From Minisyncoccia bacterium (lineage in GTDB: Bacteria; Patescibacteriota; Minisyncoccia; Phycocordibacterales; UBA5272), in assembly GCA_038256975.1 (NCBI GenBank), contig JBBSJU010000001.1:59087-123086 (forward strand): a DNA stretch of 64,000 nucleotides. Reading direction: 5' to 3'. The notes beneath the pieces are model-generated. The model did no database searches. It was not told where the DNA came from and saw only the letters and a program-made list of their open reading frames with translations. This document shows positions 60,364 to 64,000 of this stretch, one piece after another. Each line of letters begins with the position of its first letter. The first letter of the stretch is position 1. The translations under genes and the position numbers were made by a program.

Positions 60364-62112
60364 TTACAGAGCTCTATTTTTTATTTCTTGTGTAAGTGTT
60401 TGTGTGAAATCTTCTATAGAAATATTTTCAATTTTACTTCCATCGCGTTTTTCTACAGTGAGCATCTTACTTTCGACTTCTTTATCACCAAGCACAATCA
60501 CATAAGGCACTTTGTCTGTCTTGGCATTACGAATGCGTTTGCCAAGCGAGTCATTTGAAGCGTCGAGCTCAACACGAATATCTGCGTCTTTGAGACCCTT
60601 GTATACCATGTCTGCAAATTCTGTTTGACGTTCACCGATAGGCACGACACGAACCTGAACAGGGGAAAGCCATGTCGGAAATGCGCCCGCGAAATGTTCA
60701 ATGGCAACAGCGAGGAATCGCTCAAAGGATCCCATGATAGCGCAGTGAATCATTACTACGCTTTCTTTCTCGCCTTTTTCATTGATACACGTAAGCTCAA
60801 ATCGTTCTGGTTGAACAAAGTCGAGCTGAATAGTTGCCACCTGTAACTTTCTTCCGATAGCATCTTTTGCAATAAAGTCGATTTTTGGTCCGTAGAAGGC
60901 TGCTTCACCTGGGCCATCAATATATTCTGCACCAAAGTTTTTCAGGATGACATCTTTTAATTTATTTTCAGCAATCTCCCAATTTTCCACTTTCCCAAGA
61001 TATTTCTCTGGAGTGGCAAGGTCTCGACGGGATAGTCGGGGAGTAAGTATGAACCCAAATTTAGAGTAGAAAGTTTCAATAATTTCCCAAATAGATTTTA
61101 CCTCATCTTCAATTTGGTTTACACGACAAAACACATGGGCATCGTCTTGGGTGATAGAAATAACACGCGAGAGACCAGAAAGTTCGCCAGTTTGTTCGTC
61201 TCGATAGACCATTGTACTTTCGGCGTATCTTTGAGGCATGTCTCGATACGACCGCTGTTCTGAGTCAAAAATTTGTGTATGGTGCGGACAGTTCATTGGC
61301 TTCATTGCAAACACGTGTCCATCTCTTGTGTTTATCTTAAACAAATCTTCAGCATATTTTGCCCAATGCCCACTTTTTTCATAGAGACTTTGTTTGGTTA
61401 TGTGAGGAATAACTACTTTGCCATAGCCGCGGGTTTTTCGGAGGCTCCACACAAAGTCTTGAAGTTCTTCACGAATAATTGTTCCTTTTGGTGTCCAGAG
61501 AGGAAGCCCTCCTCCAATGAGATCAGAAAAAATAAACAAGCCAAGTTCTTTTCCGAGTTTTCTATGGTCTCGTTTTTTTGCTTCCTCTTGTTGAGTAATG
61601 TACGCGTCAAGCTCTGTTTTGGTATCAAAAGCAAGTCCATACACACGAGTAAGCATCGGATTCTTTTCGTCACCACGCCAATATGCACCTGCAATTTTTT
61701 CCAGTTTGAAACTCTCTGGATCGATATCTTTTAAATCTTCTACGTGTCCACCCCGGCAAAGATCGGTAAACCAGTCTGTTGTATAAAGAGTTATCGCTTC
61801 ATCTTTTTCTGCAATTTCTTTTATCAACTCTGATTTGTAGGGATTGTTCGCAAAGTGGGCGAGCGCTTCATCTTTCGAAACTTCTTTATGTGAAAAGTTC
61901 GCGCCTTTGCGGACGATTTTCTGCATTGCTTTTGTCAGATCCTTCAAATTATCTTCTGTTGGTTTTTTTGCCCCAAAATCAATGTCGTAATAGAAACCAG
62001 TATCAATAGCAGGTCCGAGGGTTAGTTTTGCCTCTGGATAGGCCTGTAGTATTGCCATGGCAAGGACATGGGCGAGGGAGTGGCGTTTGTTGTTTAAGGC
62101 TGTGTTTTCCAT
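60364..62112 (-). CDS. thrS: threonine--tRNA ligase (lacks N-terminal TGS domain)
   Basis: MENTALNNKRHSLAHVLAMAILQAYPEAKLTLGPAIDTGFYYD (second additional/editing domain) and class II core; start taken at MENT, not the upstream in-frame ATG. Confidence 0.9.
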   Translation of the reverse strand: MENTALNNKRHSLAHVLAMAILQAYPEAKLTLGPAIDTGFYYDIDFGAKKPTEDNLKDLTKAMQKIVRKGANFSHKEVSKDEALAHFANNPYKSELIKEIAEKDEAITLYTTDWFTDLCRGGHVEDLKDIDPESFKLEKIAGAYWRGDEKNPMLTRVYGLAFDTKTELDAYITQQEEAKKRDHRKLGKELGLFIFSDLIGGGLPLWTPKGTIIREELQDFVWSLRKTRGYGKVVIPHITKQSLYEKSGHWAKYAEDLFKINTRDGHVFAMKPMNCPHHTQIFDSEQRSYRDMPQRYAESTMVYRDEQTGELSGLSRVISITQDDAHVFCRVNQIEDEVKSIWEIIETFYSKFGFILTPRLSRRDLATPEKYLGKVENWEIAENKLKDVILKNFGAEYIDGPGEAAFYGPKIDFIAKDAIGRKLQVATIQLDFVQPERFELTCINEKGEKESVVMIHCAIMGSFERFLAVAIEHFAGAFPTWLSPVQVRVVPIGERQTEFADMVYKGLKDADIRVELDASNDSLGKRIRNAKTDKVPYVIVLGDKEVESKMLTVEKRDGSKIENISIEDFTQTLTQEIKNRAL

Positions 62113-62294
62113 CCTGAAATAGTAACACATTGTTTTCAAACGCGAATTCCGTACCTGCGACCTAAAAAGGTTTACAGGTGTCAAGACTTGCTTTTTTACC
62201 TCCTTTGCGTAAGAGTTAATAGGTACCGGTGAGAAGGTCTCCTTTTCGCGTCTCCTCCACAATCACTGTATATGCATTCCGGTGCATTTACCTT

Positions 62295-63200
62295 ATGAAT
62301 AATCTTTACGATCAAAAATCAAAAAATATCCGAAAGACCTGGCTCTTAATGGTCATTTTCTTCTTGGCGACTATTGCACTTGGCTCACTTTTGGCGTATG
62401 TCTTTCAAACACCTCTCATTGCCTATGCTTTTGGAATCTTTGGAATAGTCTCTAATGTCACTGCGTATTGGTTTTCAGACAAGATTGCGCTTTCGCAATC
62501 TCACGCTAAACCAGCTGACAAAGCTCTCTATCCAGAATTGTATGCAATGATAGATACTTTGGCAAAAAGAGCAGAGGTGCCTATGCCGAAGGTCTATATT
62601 ATTGAAGATCCAATGCCAAATGCATTTGCCACTGGGCGCAATCCCCAAAATGCAGCGGTCGCGGTAACCACAGGAATACTTCCGCTCCTTAATAAATCAG
62701 AGCTCGAAGGTGTGATAGCGCATGAGCTTTCGCATATTGCAAATAGAGATACTCTTATTATGACAGTAGTCACAGTTCTTGCTGGACTTTTGAGTATGTC
62801 AGCAAACTTCTTTGCCTACGGTGGACAAATGGGTGGAAGTGGTGAAAGCAGAAACCCACTCTTTTTCTTTCTTTCAATTGCAGCAAGCATCATCGCACCG
62901 TTTGCGGCTATGATTGTACAGCTTTCTATCTCACGAAAGCGAGAATTTTTAGCGGACGCATCAGGTGCGTTACTTACTAAATATCCGCAAGGGCTTGCCT
63001 CAGCATTGCAAAAGATTTCTCAGTTTGCTCAGCCAATGCGTCATGCCACAGAGTCAACGGCGCATTTGTATATCGCAAATCCGATGGGGCACGCATTCTC
63101 AGCTGATGGCAAAGAAAAAGTTGGATTCATTACAAAACTTTTCATGACGCATCCGCCGGTGCAAGAACGTGTAGATGCGTTACTTGGAAGAATTGAATAA
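62295..63200 (+). CDS. htpX: zinc metalloprotease HtpX (M48 family)
   Basis: HELSHIANRD (HExxH), TM helices, C-terminal MTHPPVQERV. Confidence 0.8.
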   Translation: MNNLYDQKSKNIRKTWLLMVIFFLATIALGSLLAYVFQTPLIAYAFGIFGIVSNVTAYWFSDKIALSQSHAKPADKALYPELYAMIDTLAKRAEVPMPKVYIIEDPMPNAFATGRNPQNAAVAVTTGILPLLNKSELEGVIAHELSHIANRDTLIMTVVTVLAGLLSMSANFFAYGGQMGGSGESRNPLFFFLSIAASIIAPFAAMIVQLSISRKREFLADASGALLTKYPQGLASALQKISQFAQPMRHATESTAHLYIANPMGHAFSADGKEKVGFITKLFMTHPPVQERVDALLGRIE

Positions 63201-63220
63201 TTCTGAAATACTATACACAT

Positions 63221-63799
63221 ATGGAAATACGAAAAAATGCTGGGTTTGTGAAATGGGTTGTGGTCATCGCTGTCATCCTTGTTGTCGTTACTTGGACTAC
63301 AGGCAAGTACAATTCATTTGTAGCACTTAATCAAAAAGTTGACACACAATGGGCGCAGGTTGAGAATCAGTTTCAACGCCGTTTTGACTTGGTACCAAAT
63401 CTTGTAAATACAGTGAAGGGTATTACTAAGCAAGAACTCGAAGTCTTTACTGCAATTGCAGAAGCTCGTACTCGATACTCTGGCGCACAGACAACGGATG
63501 CAAAGGTTACCGCGGCAAATGAATATCAGTCTGCTCTCGGACGACTTCTTGTTGTTGTAGAAAACTATCCTCAACTCAAGTCATCGGATTCATTTAATGC
63601 TCTCATGGCGGAACTCGCGGGAACAGAAAATCGAGTTGCTGTAGAACGAGGACGATTCAATGAAGTTGTTGGTGAATACAACGTGGCAACAAAACGTGTT
63701 CCAGGATCACTTATTGCGATGCTATTTGGTTTTGATAAAAAAGAACTCTTCAAGGCACAAGATGGAGCACAGACAACTCCTGTAGTGGATTTCCAGTAG
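63221..63799 (+). CDS. lemA: LemA family protein
   Basis: N-terminal TM helix plus YNSFVALNQKVDTQWAQVENQFQRRFDLVPNLVNTVKG. Confidence 0.8.
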   Translation: MEIRKNAGFVKWVVVIAVILVVVTWTTGKYNSFVALNQKVDTQWAQVENQFQRRFDLVPNLVNTVKGITKQELEVFTAIAEARTRYSGAQTTDAKVTAANEYQSALGRLLVVVENYPQLKSSDSFNALMAELAGTENRVAVERGRFNEVVGEYNVATKRVPGSLIAMLFGFDKKELFKAQDGAQTTPVVDFQ

Positions 63800-63805
63800 T
63801 CTCAT

Positions 63806-64000
63806 GACAAAAAGGCTCGCACGAATTGCAAGTGTAACTCTTACGCTTATCGGGGCGGGTTTTTTTGCGTTTGCAGTTGCGTATACTTCGCCGGGGAGTC
63901 CAACGGGATTCGTAAATGATTTCGCAAACATTCTTGATAGTGAAACAAAAGCAAATCTCGAAACAAAACTTTCTGCATTCGAACAAAAAACAACGCACGA
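63806..64000 (+). CDS. TPM-domain (YgcG-like) protein, 5' portion only (runs off window)
   Basis: Signal/TM then FVNDFANILDSETKANLETKLSAFEQKT (TPM pattern); usual partner of lemA. Confidence 0.55.

Noticed and set aside
62113-62294. T-box leader upstream of thrS (and short leaders before ileS, metG, glyQS, pheS)
   Set aside because: Leaders are only ~40-180 nt with no recognisable specifier-loop/T-box (AATTAGGGTGGNACCGCG-like) sequence. The aaRS genes are mostly packed tail-to-head.

Overview
The window is a 64 kb chromosomal segment with mostly dense, same-direction core genes, at roughly 40-42% GC by eye. It resembles a small-genome, Gram-positive-like or Patescibacteria (CPR)-type bacterium; that placement is inference from short tRNA-synthetase forms, interrupted rRNA and many membrane or hypothetical ORFs.

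Main contents, in order:
- Six aminoacyl-tRNA synthetases: argS (3' part), ileS, glyQS, metG, pheS/pheT and thrS.
- A translation cluster: rplT-rpmI-infC, rplJ-rplL, rplY, rpmE, prfA, rpsB-tsf.
- A 23S rRNA - tRNA-Ala - tRNA-like - 5S rRNA unit with its own promoter and no 16S upstream. The 23S carries a probable group I intron and a helix-45-type intervening stem-loop.
- tRNA-Thr.
- Envelope genes: murC, glmS, a FtsW/RodA homologue, two GT4 and one GT2 glycosyltransferase, a priming sugar transferase, an epimerase and a nucleotidyltransferase.
- A Fur-family regulator with a perfect palindromic operator beside a CooC/MinD-like ATPase, a YibE/F membrane protein and a His-rich membrane protein.
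- A TraD/VirD4-like P-loop ATPase with a large novel N-terminal domain.
- gyrB, htpX and lemA, the latter followed by a truncated TPM-domain gene.

Findings worth a second look:
- A histidine-phosphatase (PGAM-type, RHG / THGG) domain inserted inside the IleRS catalytic core.
- Three families of short repeated, structured non-coding elements. One family has closing stems that pair in both copies but share no sequence between them (covariation).
- Two GC-elevated, probably horizontally acquired islets.
- A switch-like structure in the rpsB leader.
- Degenerate tandem repeats between convergent glycosylation genes.

No CRISPR array, transposase or integrase was seen.
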